Origin: an uncultured Methanomicrobiales archaeon
GTDB lineage: Archaea; Halobacteriota; Methanomicrobia; Methanomicrobiales; Methanospirillaceae
Length of the DNA: 64,000 bases
Assembly (NCBI GenBank): GCA_963758915.1
Contig: CAVWXH010000003.1
Location: 128,001-192,000 of the forward strand
Direction: 5' to 3'
The notes under the pieces are model-generated. The model was not told the DNA's origin. It saw only the letters and a program-made list of their open reading frames with translations, and made no database searches. The translations under genes were made by a program, and so were the position numbers. Every line of letters starts with the position of its first letter. Position 1 is the stretch's first letter. Below, piece after piece: positions 40,341 to 50,018 of this stretch.

Positions 40341-41283
40341 AGAGACCTGCCGCTTCGATGCCCCTGTTGGCCCATAATACAGACCCTAATGCACCAATTC
40401 TGCCCTTTCTTCCTGCAGTGTCGATAAACCTGATCCCGGCAGATGCCGCAATATCCTCGGCATCCTTCAGGCTTACGATCTCGGTCTTTATCCTCCGGCA
40501 GGCACCGTTCATTATTTTCGGGAATTCAATACCCCGGTAGTAGGCAATACCCGTGTCGTCACTGAAAGAAAACTCCTCGATATAATCGCGGACATAGGCA
40601 AGAAGTGCATCAACCGACCCGGGTCTGACGGCAAAATTCAACGCAGACCCCACGCAGTTGGTTGTTTTTTCCGGGACCCGCGGGTTGAGCTGGATCAGCC
40701 TCATATTAAGAAATTCCACGCCTGGTACCGGGCACTGTTCACCGCATTTCAGGGCAAGGACCCAGGTGGCTCCTTTTTCAGATGTGTCAGTGTCATCGAT
40801 CCCGATGGTGACCTTCTCGTATAGCGGTGAAAAAATACGTACCCGGTTCACCCTCGCACCGCCGACTACCAGGTCCTCTTCAGTCGGGTATTCAGCCCGG
40901 GTCACACCCGGTGCCTGCGGAAGGCAGGCAGCAATACCAAGACCGGCACCGGCAATACCTGCCCAGGATGTGACGACCTCGTCACCCTGCACCTCGACAC
41001 CTTCGAGGGCCTGGCCCCCGATATTCTCCCCGGCAGCCCCGAAATTCGCCTGAAATGAGCCGATTCGTGCCAGCATCCTCATTTCAGTGCCTTCAACACG
41101 GGCAGAGACTGTGGCCCCTTTTGCACGGATGCGGTTCATCGCGTCCCACTCGATAGGTCCCCTCGCATGGCACTGCTCGATGATCTCTGCAAGGCCGGCA
41201 CCCTTGTCCACCATCACGAGAAACCGCCGGGAAAAGAGTGATCCATACTTCGTTTTTATTTCTTCGGGCTTTTTGACAATCAT
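40324..41283 (-). CDS. mmp11: Methanogenesis marker protein 11 (TiaS kinase-domain-like), paralogue 1
   Basis: IGIDDTDTSEKGATW, QLNPRVPEKTTNC and GRIGALG motifs. Confidence 0.82.
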   Translation of the reverse strand: MIVKKPEEIKTKYGSLFSRRFLVMVDKGAGLAEIIEQCHARGPIEWDAMNRIRAKGATVSARVEGTEMRMLARIGSFQANFGAAGENIGGQALEGVEVQGDEVVTSWAGIAGAGLGIAACLPQAPGVTRAEYPTEEDLVVGGARVNRVRIFSPLYEKVTIGIDDTDTSEKGATWVLALKCGEQCPVPGVEFLNMRLIQLNPRVPEKTTNCVGSALNFAVRPGSVDALLAYVRDYIEEFSFSDDTGIAYYRGIEFPKIMNGACRRIKTEIVSLKDAEDIAASAGIRFIDTAGRKGRIGALGSVLWANRGIEAAGLYGEPS

Positions 41284-41380
41284 TTTGTCACCGGAAATAT
41301 CGTTAACAGAATAATCGGCGATATATTATATAAGAAGATCGATCGGGTTACCCCGGCCCGGACCAGGAAGGAAAAAAAGA

Positions 41381-42274
41381 TTAAAGGATTTTGTGGAGTT
41401 CGAACTTGAACGGCCCGAGCGTGCCACCATAGTTACCGGCGCTGATGAATTTTACGCCTTTTACCATGCAGGCGGCACGGATACCTGCTGCCATTGCCTC
41501 TGCAACTGCTGCTTCGGATACACCGTCAATGACGATTTCGAACACGCCATTAATGCCGTCCGGGATCTTGCTGTCCGGGACCTTGCTCTTCAGGGATGGA
41601 CAGTACAGTTCGTTTGTGCTGGCATTCATGAATTTATACTTCTTGCTGCCTACTTTCGAGCCGCTTCCGACAATCCCACCCGGGAATGACGTGATAACGC
41701 CACAGACTTCATTGACCGCAGCCACGGCGGCCTGTGCACCGACCAGTGCTGACATGGTGCTGTCACCCATGATAAAGAAATTGCCACCTGCAACACCCTT
41801 CACGACGCCAATCTCTTCTTCTGTCAGGAAATCTCCACCCATCAGGGGAATTGCCCATACACTCCGGTCTCCGACCTTGGTCTGGTATTCGTAGCCGTCA
41901 CCAAAGAAATGGAGTTTCATCGGGAGTTTTTCTTCGCAGTCAGTGATACCGTTAAACGCTGCGGTGGTTGGTGCAGTAAGCACACACTCTGCGATACGCT
42001 CAATCAGCTGCTCTTTTAATTTTTTCTTGCTCGGGTGGACAATAAGAATACCATATCCAGGCCTGCCGTCAGGGGTCTGCTGCGGGGGGACATACTGGTC
42101 AATACCTGCTTCTGCCGGACATGCGATAACCGATGTCCCGAACCCGGTCGCTTCGACTGCTGAACTGTATGCGAGTTCCTTCGTTGCAGCGGTAATGATT
42201 ACAGAGCTGACCCATGCGGGAAACGCTTCTGCAAACGTGTTGTCAATCTTTACACCGTTAATTTCCATATTCAA
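41381..42274 (-). CDS. ftr: Formylmethanofuran:H4MPT N-formyltransferase
   Basis: DNTFAEAF, ATGFGTSVI.CPAEAG, TPDGRPG, GVAGGNF, GSKVGS and SAGNYGG.LG motifs. Confidence 0.97.
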   Translation of the reverse strand: MNMEINGVKIDNTFAEAFPAWVSSVIITAATKELAYSSAVEATGFGTSVIACPAEAGIDQYVPPQQTPDGRPGYGILIVHPSKKKLKEQLIERIAECVLTAPTTAAFNGITDCEEKLPMKLHFFGDGYEYQTKVGDRSVWAIPLMGGDFLTEEEIGVVKGVAGGNFFIMGDSTMSALVGAQAAVAAVNEVCGVITSFPGGIVGSGSKVGSKKYKFMNASTNELYCPSLKSKVPDSKIPDGINGVFEIVIDGVSEAAVAEAMAAGIRAACMVKGVKFISAGNYGGTLGPFKFELHKIL

Positions 42275-42780
42275 ATACCTCGGACAAAGAATGTACCATG
42301 GCCGTGATAGAATAAATTTTCTAAGTGGTTTTCAAATTGTTGACAGGAGGACGGTAGTACATACGTGGCGGAAGTTACTCACGGATGGACGGGATAAGAT
42401 AACGGGTAATCCTTCGAACATGCAGATTACCACTATTTCTCCCGATAAATCAGCCCAGGATAACCCCGAAATAATCACAAATTATGCTGTAATTTTTGTT
42501 TTTACGCGATATTTCATCTGTAAATACCTCATCACAAAAAATCGAGTCGCATCCAATCATAAACCATATAATGCTATACACTAAAGGGCATAGTTTGCCA
42601 CCTGCCCGGGTTACAGGAAACGAAAGAAGTGAGAGAAACGCCGGGATGCCCCGGTTCGTCGAAGTATCACCGGGGTCTGGCTAAAGCCAGGGATTCCACA
42701 GAACCTGGAGTACCAGCCAACTATTATTACGGGCGACGGTGACCAGTGTCCTGTCACAATTATTTCCGTGGATTGTGAAG

Positions 42781-43692
42781 ATGGCAGGAGATCAGAAGTT
42801 ACCGGGAGACCCTTATGAAGCAGGCGACAGTAATGGACTGGCACATCACCTGATTGCCATCTTTGCCGTGGCAATTGTTATCCTGATAATTGCAGGAGGA
42901 ATTCTTCTCAGCGAGGCAGGGAAAAATCCGCCGCCGGTTCCGGAAAAAACTACCGGGGAACGTGATGTCCTTTACCAGGTATCAACCATTGATGCACTGG
43001 TACTGGGTGCATATGAGGGGGTGCAACCTGCGGGCGAAGTGGAAAAACATGGGAATTTCGGCATCGGAACATTCGATGCACTTGACGGGGAGATGATTGC
43101 CGTTGATGGCCGGTACTACCAGGTAACATCAGATGGTGCAGTCCGTGAGGTTGACCCCTCGGTGATGGTGCCGTTTGCAACCGTTACATTTTTTGACAAC
43201 GATTCGACTATTACCGTAAGCGGGAGCAGGAATTTGTCCACCTTCACAAACGGGATTGATAAAGGACTCCCTTCGAAAAACCTGATCTATGCGGTCAGGG
43301 CTGACGCTACGTTCCCTGAAATGGTCGTCCGGGCCATTCCAAGGCAGGAAAAACCATATCCTCCGCTTACCGAGGCAGCCACCCACCAGGTGGTTACCAG
43401 GCTGGAGAATACATCAGGGACCATTGTGGGGTTCTACCTTCCTGCATTTATGAAAGGGGTCAATATGCCCGGGTACCACCTCCACTATATTTCATCAGAC
43501 AGGAAAAGCGGAGGACATATCCTTGATTTTACCCCGCCTGATACCCCGGTCATGGTGATAATTGATCAGACCCCGGATTTTTCCATGTCTGCCCCCACAA
43601 CAGGTGATTTCGCAGAGATGAACTTTTCCGGGGATGTTTCAGCAGGATCTCATCCAGGTCGAACGTTAAGCGGAAATGAAGTCCCGGGATAG
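42781..43692 (+). CDS. Acetolactate decarboxylase family protein with an N-terminal TM anchor
   Basis: YQVSTIDAL..G.YEG, GNFGIGTF..LDGEMI, PFATVTFF and Zn ligands GYHLHY...GGHIL. Confidence 0.9.
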   Translation: MAGDQKLPGDPYEAGDSNGLAHHLIAIFAVAIVILIIAGGILLSEAGKNPPPVPEKTTGERDVLYQVSTIDALVLGAYEGVQPAGEVEKHGNFGIGTFDALDGEMIAVDGRYYQVTSDGAVREVDPSVMVPFATVTFFDNDSTITVSGSRNLSTFTNGIDKGLPSKNLIYAVRADATFPEMVVRAIPRQEKPYPPLTEAATHQVVTRLENTSGTIVGFYLPAFMKGVNMPGYHLHYISSDRKSGGHILDFTPPDTPVMVIIDQTPDFSMSAPTTGDFAEMNFSGDVSAGSHPGRTLSGNEVPG

Positions 43693-44360
43693 TTCACCCG
43701 TGGCACCGAAAGACATCCCACCCTAAACCGGAACTAACACCATTCCGGCCTTAATATTCAGAAAAAACAGAATATTGAGAGGGATTTTTTTCCCACCCTT
43801 CGATCGGTAAACGGGGCGATTATCAGGGAGTATATTTTATTAAAAGAGCCCTGATTTCATTCTCTTCGGATTAAACCCGGAAAGATGCGATCGGCCCCGT
43901 TTTCAGGTCAACAAAAGCCCCGGATTTCGCCCCGATTTTTCGCATGGTTGGATAACTAGCGAGTAATGTATGGATATTAATTGTAACCTGGATCTTCAGA
44001 TATCTTCCATCCGTGATATTTATATTACTCCAATTCAATCCCGGGTGAATAAAAAAATTGACCTGATAATTCCGCTCGAATTTGCGATCCGGGGTGGGCG
44101 TCACAGCGGAACAATTTAATACACCCGATTTGCCTTCTTTTTCGGGGAAAATTGAAAAATCCTGCTAAAAAGCGCACAAATTGTTTCCTCCTGATGTAAG
44201 GATGTACACTTTATTTCATTAACAGTTAATAGTTATACATTAATTACCGGATTAAACATGCAATAAATGCCCGTTGCAATTCAGAAGAGTTTATCTATCT
44301 TATTTTACAACTTTTTTTATATCGATTTTAATGATCGATCGAGCTGGTGCGTGATTAAGA

Positions 44361-44624
44361 ATGGCATTTGCAGTGCATATTAACATGGAGCATTGTACCG
44401 GCTGTAACAATTGTGTGGTGGCATGCCCGGTTGACGCATTGGAGCTGCATACCGTAGATCCAGTTACCAAAGATAAGATCTACAGGGTCAAGGATGGAAA
44501 ATCCGTCGTCCTTGACTTCAAGGCAGAACTTTGCGCCGGTTGTGGCGTATGTGTCGAAGCATGTCCACATGATGTTATCAGACTGGCCGGACCCTGGAAC
44601 ACAGGGATGGCTAAAGTACAGTGA
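44361..44624 (+). CDS. fwdG: 2[4Fe-4S] ferredoxin-like subunit G of formylmethanofuran dehydrogenase
   Basis: CTGCNNCVVACP and CAGCGVCVEACP motifs; first gene of the fwd-hdr cluster. Confidence 0.8.
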   Translation: MAFAVHINMEHCTGCNNCVVACPVDALELHTVDPVTKDKIYRVKDGKSVVLDFKAELCAGCGVCVEACPHDVIRLAGPWNTGMAKVQ

Positions 44625-44646
44625 GTGAACGGAGTGAGTAAAATAC

Positions 44647-45807
44647 ATGACATTGTTTCCTAAATACTCCAAGGTACGGGATGGAGTCAATTTCGTGAAC
44701 TCGCAGAAACTTCTGCAGAACACGAGTACCCTGATCCTGAATTCGGAGGTCTGTACAGGGTGTGGCGTTTGTGTTGATGCCTGTCCTGAAGAGGCGATCG
44801 TCCTCGGACTTGTAGGGGCTGTAAGACGGGGTGCAGTTGATTATGCTGCACCGGTGGATATTGACGAGCAGAAATGCGTTTATTGTGGCGTCTGCGTCAT
44901 AATGTGCCCATTCAATGCACTTACCCTGAAAGTCGACGGCGAAGAGAGACTCCCGATTATCGAAAAGGAAGGGTTCCCACAGTATGACATAACAGCAAAG
45001 ATCGACCAGGAAAAGTGTGTAAAATGCACTATCTGCGATGAGGTCTGCCCAAGGGACGCAATTCTTCGTGATGTCCCGGTATATGAGGGCGTCGATGCAG
45101 CCGCAAATGAACGGCAGGTTGCATTGAAGAGCAAGACCACGTTCAAGGTCGATGACGAGAAATGCACACTTTGTGGAATCTGCGGGGCAGTCTGCCCGGC
45201 AATCGTTGTGAAGCACAAGCCGTTCACAGCCGAAAGCGGCAAAGTCGAAGGGGAAGTTGTGTGGGACGAGACAAAGTGCGATGCATGTAAAGTCTGTGTT
45301 GAACTCTGTCCGGAAGAGTGCATCACGGTAGAACGCGAGGTTGTCAGCGACAAGATGGCCGGTGAAGTCAACATCGATCAGAAGCAGTGCTGCACCTGTA
45401 CATGGTGTTCAACGAACTGCCCGACAGAAGCCATCACGATTGAAAAGATCTTTTCCGGCGATATCGAGTTTAATGCAACAAAATGTCCCGGCGGTTGCTC
45501 AACCTGCGTGGATATCTGCCCTGCAAATGCCATCTACCTGCCAACCCCGAAGGCAGCAGCTGACATGAAAGGCGAGATCGAGTCCACAATCGCGGTCAAC
45601 AAGGATTTCTGTATCCTTTGTGGTGCATGTGTCAATGCATGCCCGGGTGAGGATATTATTGTTCTCAAGAGAGACGGGATCCGGATAAAAGGCGAAGAAA
45701 CTGACCTGTTCAAGAAGATCAAGGCAAAACTCTTCGAGAAGCGGACATCAAAAGTCAAGGAAGATATCCCGGCCCAGGTTAACCTGAAAATGATGGAGAA
45801 GGCGTGA
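44647..45807 (+). CDS. fwdF: Polyferredoxin subunit F of formylmethanofuran dehydrogenase
   Basis: Eight CxxCxxCxxxCP-type motifs, including the CPGGCSTC variant. Confidence 0.9.
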   Translation: MTLFPKYSKVRDGVNFVNSQKLLQNTSTLILNSEVCTGCGVCVDACPEEAIVLGLVGAVRRGAVDYAAPVDIDEQKCVYCGVCVIMCPFNALTLKVDGEERLPIIEKEGFPQYDITAKIDQEKCVKCTICDEVCPRDAILRDVPVYEGVDAAANERQVALKSKTTFKVDDEKCTLCGICGAVCPAIVVKHKPFTAESGKVEGEVVWDETKCDACKVCVELCPEECITVEREVVSDKMAGEVNIDQKQCCTCTWCSTNCPTEAITIEKIFSGDIEFNATKCPGGCSTCVDICPANAIYLPTPKAAADMKGEIESTIAVNKDFCILCGACVNACPGEDIIVLKRDGIRIKGEETDLFKKIKAKLFEKRTSKVKEDIPAQVNLKMMEKA

Positions 45808-45817
45808 GGTAACAGGT

Positions 45818-46399
45818 ATGGCAAGAATAAAAGGATACCCTGAAGCATTGGAGGCAAAACTCCGTGACCGGTATATGTATGGGGATGATGCTCATCCTGA
45901 ATTCACGGATTCGGTAGAGAAAATCTCGATGTCAATTCCCCATATGTGCTACCAGTGTGGTACCTGTACCGCCTCCTGTCCGTCAGCTCCCCGCAGCTCA
46001 TACCGGATCAGGAAATTTGTAAGGCGTGTTGTGCTTGGTCTCGAGACCGAAGCACTGACCGACCCGGACCTCTGGCTCTGCACCACCTGCTACAGCTGCA
46101 CTGACCGGTGCCCGCGTGATATTGCACCAACCGATGTCATCATGGCGATGAGAAATCTCGCCTTTAAACGTGATATCATCCCGGTCAATTTCTTAAAGAC
46201 CGTGCAGGCAATTTATACAACCGGCCATGGTGTCCCGAATAATGATGTAAACCGTGCAGCCCGTGTGAAACTGGGAATGAATGCCGATCCACCAACAACC
46301 CACACCTATAAGGAATTCATACCCGGCATCCAGAAGATCCTGGACTATTACAAACTCAAGGCAAATGCCGACAGGATCGTCAAGGAAAGGGAGGGGTAA
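45818..46399 (+). CDS. hdrC: Heterodisulfide reductase subunit C
   Basis: CYQCGTCTASCPS and LWLCTTCYSCTDRCPR motifs. Confidence 0.95.
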   Translation: MARIKGYPEALEAKLRDRYMYGDDAHPEFTDSVEKISMSIPHMCYQCGTCTASCPSAPRSSYRIRKFVRRVVLGLETEALTDPDLWLCTTCYSCTDRCPRDIAPTDVIMAMRNLAFKRDIIPVNFLKTVQAIYTTGHGVPNNDVNRAARVKLGMNADPPTTHTYKEFIPGIQKILDYYKLKANADRIVKEREG

Positions 46400-46405
46400 G
46401 CAATC

Positions 46406-47320
46406 ATGGAAGCAAAACATAAATACGCATTTTATCTCGGCTGCATTGCCCCCAACCGGTACCCCGGTTCCGAAGCGGCTGCAATCAAGACAAGTAAGAA
46501 ACTCGGTATCGAACTTGTGCCCCTTAAGGGTGCAAGCTGCTGTCCTGCACCGGGTGCATTCGGTTCCATTGACTTAAATGTCTGGTATGCAATGGCAGCA
46601 CGTAACCTCGTGCTCGCCGAGCAGATGAAAATGGACATTGCCCTGCTTTGCAATGGGTGTTACAAGTCAATCTGGGAAGTAAACCACAAGCTGAAACACC
46701 ACGATGAACTCCGTGACGGGGTAAACGAGGTGCTGAAAACGATCGACATGGAATACAAAGGCTCGATCAATGTCTACCACCTTGCAGAACTCCTCTATGA
46801 CAAGAATATCGTCGGTGTTGACAAGATCAGGGACAGCGTGACCAACCCCCTGACGGGTGCACGGATTGCAGTCCACTATGGATGTCACCTCGTAAAGCCA
46901 AGGAAAGACCGTGAATTTGAAGCGACGGAGTTACTGAATACCGAAGCACCGACCTGGATGGAAGAACTGGTTGCAGCCCTTGGTGCAACTCCGGTAGAAT
47001 ACCGCCAGAAGATGCAGTGCTGCGGTGCCGGTGGCGGTGTACGGGGCTACGATATTGTCCATGCTCTCGATATCGCCAACGAGAAACTGATCAACCTGCA
47101 GGAAGTAAAGGTTGATGCCCTTACCGATATCTGCCCGTTCTGTCAGCTCCAGTTTGACCGTGGCCAGATTGAAATCGAAGAGAAGTTCGGGGTTAAATAC
47201 AACCTTCCTGTACTTCACTTCTGTGAACTGCTTGGACTGGCACAGGGAATGAGCCCGCAGGACCTTGCACTTGATCTCCATGCGATCAGCTGCGAACCGT
47301 TCCTGCAGAAGGTGCTGTGA
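46406..47320 (+). CDS. hdrB: Heterodisulfide reductase subunit B
   Basis: LGCIAPNRYPG, SCCPAPG, CNGC, HYGCH, CCGAGGG and CPFCQLQFD motifs. Confidence 0.96.
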   Translation: MEAKHKYAFYLGCIAPNRYPGSEAAAIKTSKKLGIELVPLKGASCCPAPGAFGSIDLNVWYAMAARNLVLAEQMKMDIALLCNGCYKSIWEVNHKLKHHDELRDGVNEVLKTIDMEYKGSINVYHLAELLYDKNIVGVDKIRDSVTNPLTGARIAVHYGCHLVKPRKDREFEATELLNTEAPTWMEELVAALGATPVEYRQKMQCCGAGGGVRGYDIVHALDIANEKLINLQEVKVDALTDICPFCQLQFDRGQIEIEEKFGVKYNLPVLHFCELLGLAQGMSPQDLALDLHAISCEPFLQKVL

Positions 47321-47334
47321 AGGAGGTACTGAAC

Positions 47335-49449
47335 ATGGCTGAAAGAAAAACCAAGAAAGAAACAGCGTCCAAGAAAGAGACCACCGCTGCAGTAAAGAAG
47401 CAGGCACCAGCGAAAGCCGCAATCGGAGAACAACCCGAAGGCAAGAAAGAGGCACGGATTGGGGTTTTCATCTGCCACTGTGGTACAAACATTGCCGGTT
47501 CAATGGATATCAACGCAGTACAGGAATATGCAAAAACCATTCCGAATGTCGCCTATGTTGACAACTACAAGTACATGTGTTCGATGCCCGGGCAGGCTGT
47601 GATTGATAAGGCAATCCATGATAACAAGCTCACCGGTGTCGTCGTCGCTGCATGTTCACCACGTCTCCACGAACCAACGTTCAGGACGGCAACCAAGGAA
47701 GGTGGCCTCAACCCGTTCAAGTTCGAGATGGCAAACATCCGCGAGCAGAACTCGTGGGTGCACATGCATGACCAGGAAGGGGCAACAGACAAAGCAAAGG
47801 ACGCAATCCGCATTGCCGTTGCAAAGGCATCGCTCCTTGAAGACCTCTTCCCGAAGAGTGTTCCCGTTGAGAGGGCCGCAATGGTCGTCGGTGCAGGTGT
47901 TGCAGGAATGCAGGCCGCTCTCGACCTGGCAAACGCCGGTATCAAGACCTACCTGATCGAGAAGACCCCGACCATTGGTGGTCGCATGTCCCAGCTCGAC
48001 AAGACGTTCCCGACCCTCGACTGTTCACAGTGTATCCTTACACCGAAAATGGTGGATGTCGGAAGGAGCGAGAATATCGAGCTGATGACGTATTGCGATG
48101 TTGAATCCGTAGAAGGGTACATCGGTAACTTCGATGTCACCATCAGGAAGAAAGCCCGTGGTGTCCTTACTCCCAAAGAAGCAGAGGCAAAGGGTATTGT
48201 CGGTGGTGGCTGCAACGGTTGTGGTGACTGTGAGACTGCATGCCCGGTCGTCCAGCCAAACACCTTTGAAGAAGGAATGAAGCCACGAAAGGCAATCTAT
48301 ATCCAGCACCCGCAGGTCGTCCCCCTGATTTACACCATTGACAAAGAGTCCTGTATCAAGTGTGGAATCTGTGTCACGGTATGCGGTAATGAAAAGAAGG
48401 CTATCGACCTCGACCAGGAAGATGAATTCGTCAAGGTAAAGGTAGGTACAGCAATTCTTGCAACAGGGTATGATATCTTCCCAATCGAGAACAAGACCGA
48501 GTGGGGCTACAAGAGGTTCGAAAACGTCATTACCAGCCTCGAGTTCGAACGCCTGATCTGTGCATCCGGTCCGACCGGCGGCCACATGGTCCGCCCGAGT
48601 GACGGGGTCGCACCAAAGAAGGTCGCATTCCTCCTCTGTGCAGGTTCAAGAGATAATACCGGGATCGGCAAGCCCTATTGTTCAAGGTTCTGCTGCATGT
48701 ATTCACTGAAACATGCCCACCAGCTCATTGAAAAGATGCCCGGTTGCCAGCCCTATATCTTCTACATGGATATCCGGTCCTTCGGTAAGATGTACGAAGA
48801 GTTCTATTACCGTATCCAGGACGAGGGTGCAAAGTTCATCCGTGGCCGTGTCTCGAACATTCTCGAAGACCCGGTATCAAAGAACCTCATGGTGTTTGCA
48901 GATGACACCCTGCTTGACCGGCCGATGAAACTCGAAGTAGACCTTGTCGTGCTTGCTGCAGCAGTACAGCCCGCAGCCGACACGAACCGGACCAGGAAAC
49001 TCTTCGGTGTATCCTGTTCCATGGACGGATGGCTCCTTGAAGCACACCCGAAACTGAACCCATGCGGTACCACCACAGCCGGTGTTTTCCTTGCAGGGGC
49101 CTGCCAGGGACCAAAGGATATCCCTGACACGGTTGCTTCAGCAGAAGGCGCTGCATCAGCAGCAAGTATCCCGATCCATACCGGACACGTTGAACTTGAA
49201 CCGTACTTCGCCCAGTGTATCGATGAGAAATGCGCAGGATGCGGTATGTGTGTCAATTTATGCCCGTACACCGCACTTGCACTCGTAGAAAAAGATGGAA
49301 GAAAAGTCATGCAGGTTACAGAAGCGAAATGTAAAGGCTGCGGTACCTGCGGTGGATTCTGCCCTGGTGGCGCAATCTGGATGAACCACTTTGCAACACC
49401 ACAGATTATTGCTCAGATTGATGCATTCCTCCTCGGAGGCGAGCAGTAA
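47335..49449 (+). CDS. hdrA: Heterodisulfide reductase subunit A
   Basis: IGVFICHCG.NIA, ACSPRLHE, ANIREQ, QLDKTFPTLDC, YCSRFCCMY and inserted plus C-terminal ferredoxin motifs. Lys-rich N-terminal extension. Confidence 0.97.
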   Translation: MAERKTKKETASKKETTAAVKKQAPAKAAIGEQPEGKKEARIGVFICHCGTNIAGSMDINAVQEYAKTIPNVAYVDNYKYMCSMPGQAVIDKAIHDNKLTGVVVAACSPRLHEPTFRTATKEGGLNPFKFEMANIREQNSWVHMHDQEGATDKAKDAIRIAVAKASLLEDLFPKSVPVERAAMVVGAGVAGMQAALDLANAGIKTYLIEKTPTIGGRMSQLDKTFPTLDCSQCILTPKMVDVGRSENIELMTYCDVESVEGYIGNFDVTIRKKARGVLTPKEAEAKGIVGGGCNGCGDCETACPVVQPNTFEEGMKPRKAIYIQHPQVVPLIYTIDKESCIKCGICVTVCGNEKKAIDLDQEDEFVKVKVGTAILATGYDIFPIENKTEWGYKRFENVITSLEFERLICASGPTGGHMVRPSDGVAPKKVAFLLCAGSRDNTGIGKPYCSRFCCMYSLKHAHQLIEKMPGCQPYIFYMDIRSFGKMYEEFYYRIQDEGAKFIRGRVSNILEDPVSKNLMVFADDTLLDRPMKLEVDLVVLAAAVQPAADTNRTRKLFGVSCSMDGWLLEAHPKLNPCGTTTAGVFLAGACQGPKDIPDTVASAEGAASAASIPIHTGHVELEPYFAQCIDEKCAGCGMCVNLCPYTALALVEKDGRKVMQVTEAKCKGCGTCGGFCPGGAIWMNHFATPQIIAQIDAFLLGGEQ

Positions 49450-49901
49450 TGGCAGGACATGAAGCTCCCCCGAAACGCGAGGAAGGCGCATTTAAGCCCA
49501 AGATCATCGGGATCCTCTGCAACTGGTGTTCGTATGCCGGTGCAGATCTCGCCGGTGGTGGCCGTATCCAGTACCCGCCTGATGTCCGGATTGTCCGTGT
49601 CATGTGCACGGGACGTGTGGACCCGCTCTTCATCATGAAGGCATTCACAGACGGTGCAGACGGGGTATTGATTTCAGGCTGCCACTTCGGTGACTGCCAC
49701 TACCTCGAAGGGAACTATAAGGCTGCGAAGAGGTTGTTCCTTGTCAAGAACCTGTTGAAAAACATCGGTCTTGAGGACAAGAGGTTAAGAATGACCTTTG
49801 TTTCTGCATCAGAAGGAGCAAAATGGGGTAAGGTTATCACTGACGTCGTAAAGACAGTGGAAGAACTTGGCCCAAGCCCACTGGCAGAACTGACGAAATA
49901 A
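49449..49901 (+). CDS. mvhD: [2Fe-2S] subunit MvhD
   Basis: CNWCSYAGADLAG, RVMCTGR, GCHFGDCHY and SASEG motifs. Confidence 0.95.
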   Translation: MAGHEAPPKREEGAFKPKIIGILCNWCSYAGADLAGGGRIQYPPDVRIVRVMCTGRVDPLFIMKAFTDGADGVLISGCHFGDCHYLEGNYKAAKRLFLVKNLLKNIGLEDKRLRMTFVSASEGAKWGKVITDVVKTVEELGPSPLAELTK

Positions 49902-50018
49902 TAGCATAACAATTCCGGCTCAAGGGTCCGGCAGGAACTGGTGACAGAGGGGGGAAAGACCTCTGCCGCAAAAGTCTGCCTTATAATTGAGCTGGATAAT
50001 AAAATAAGAGGAAAAAAT

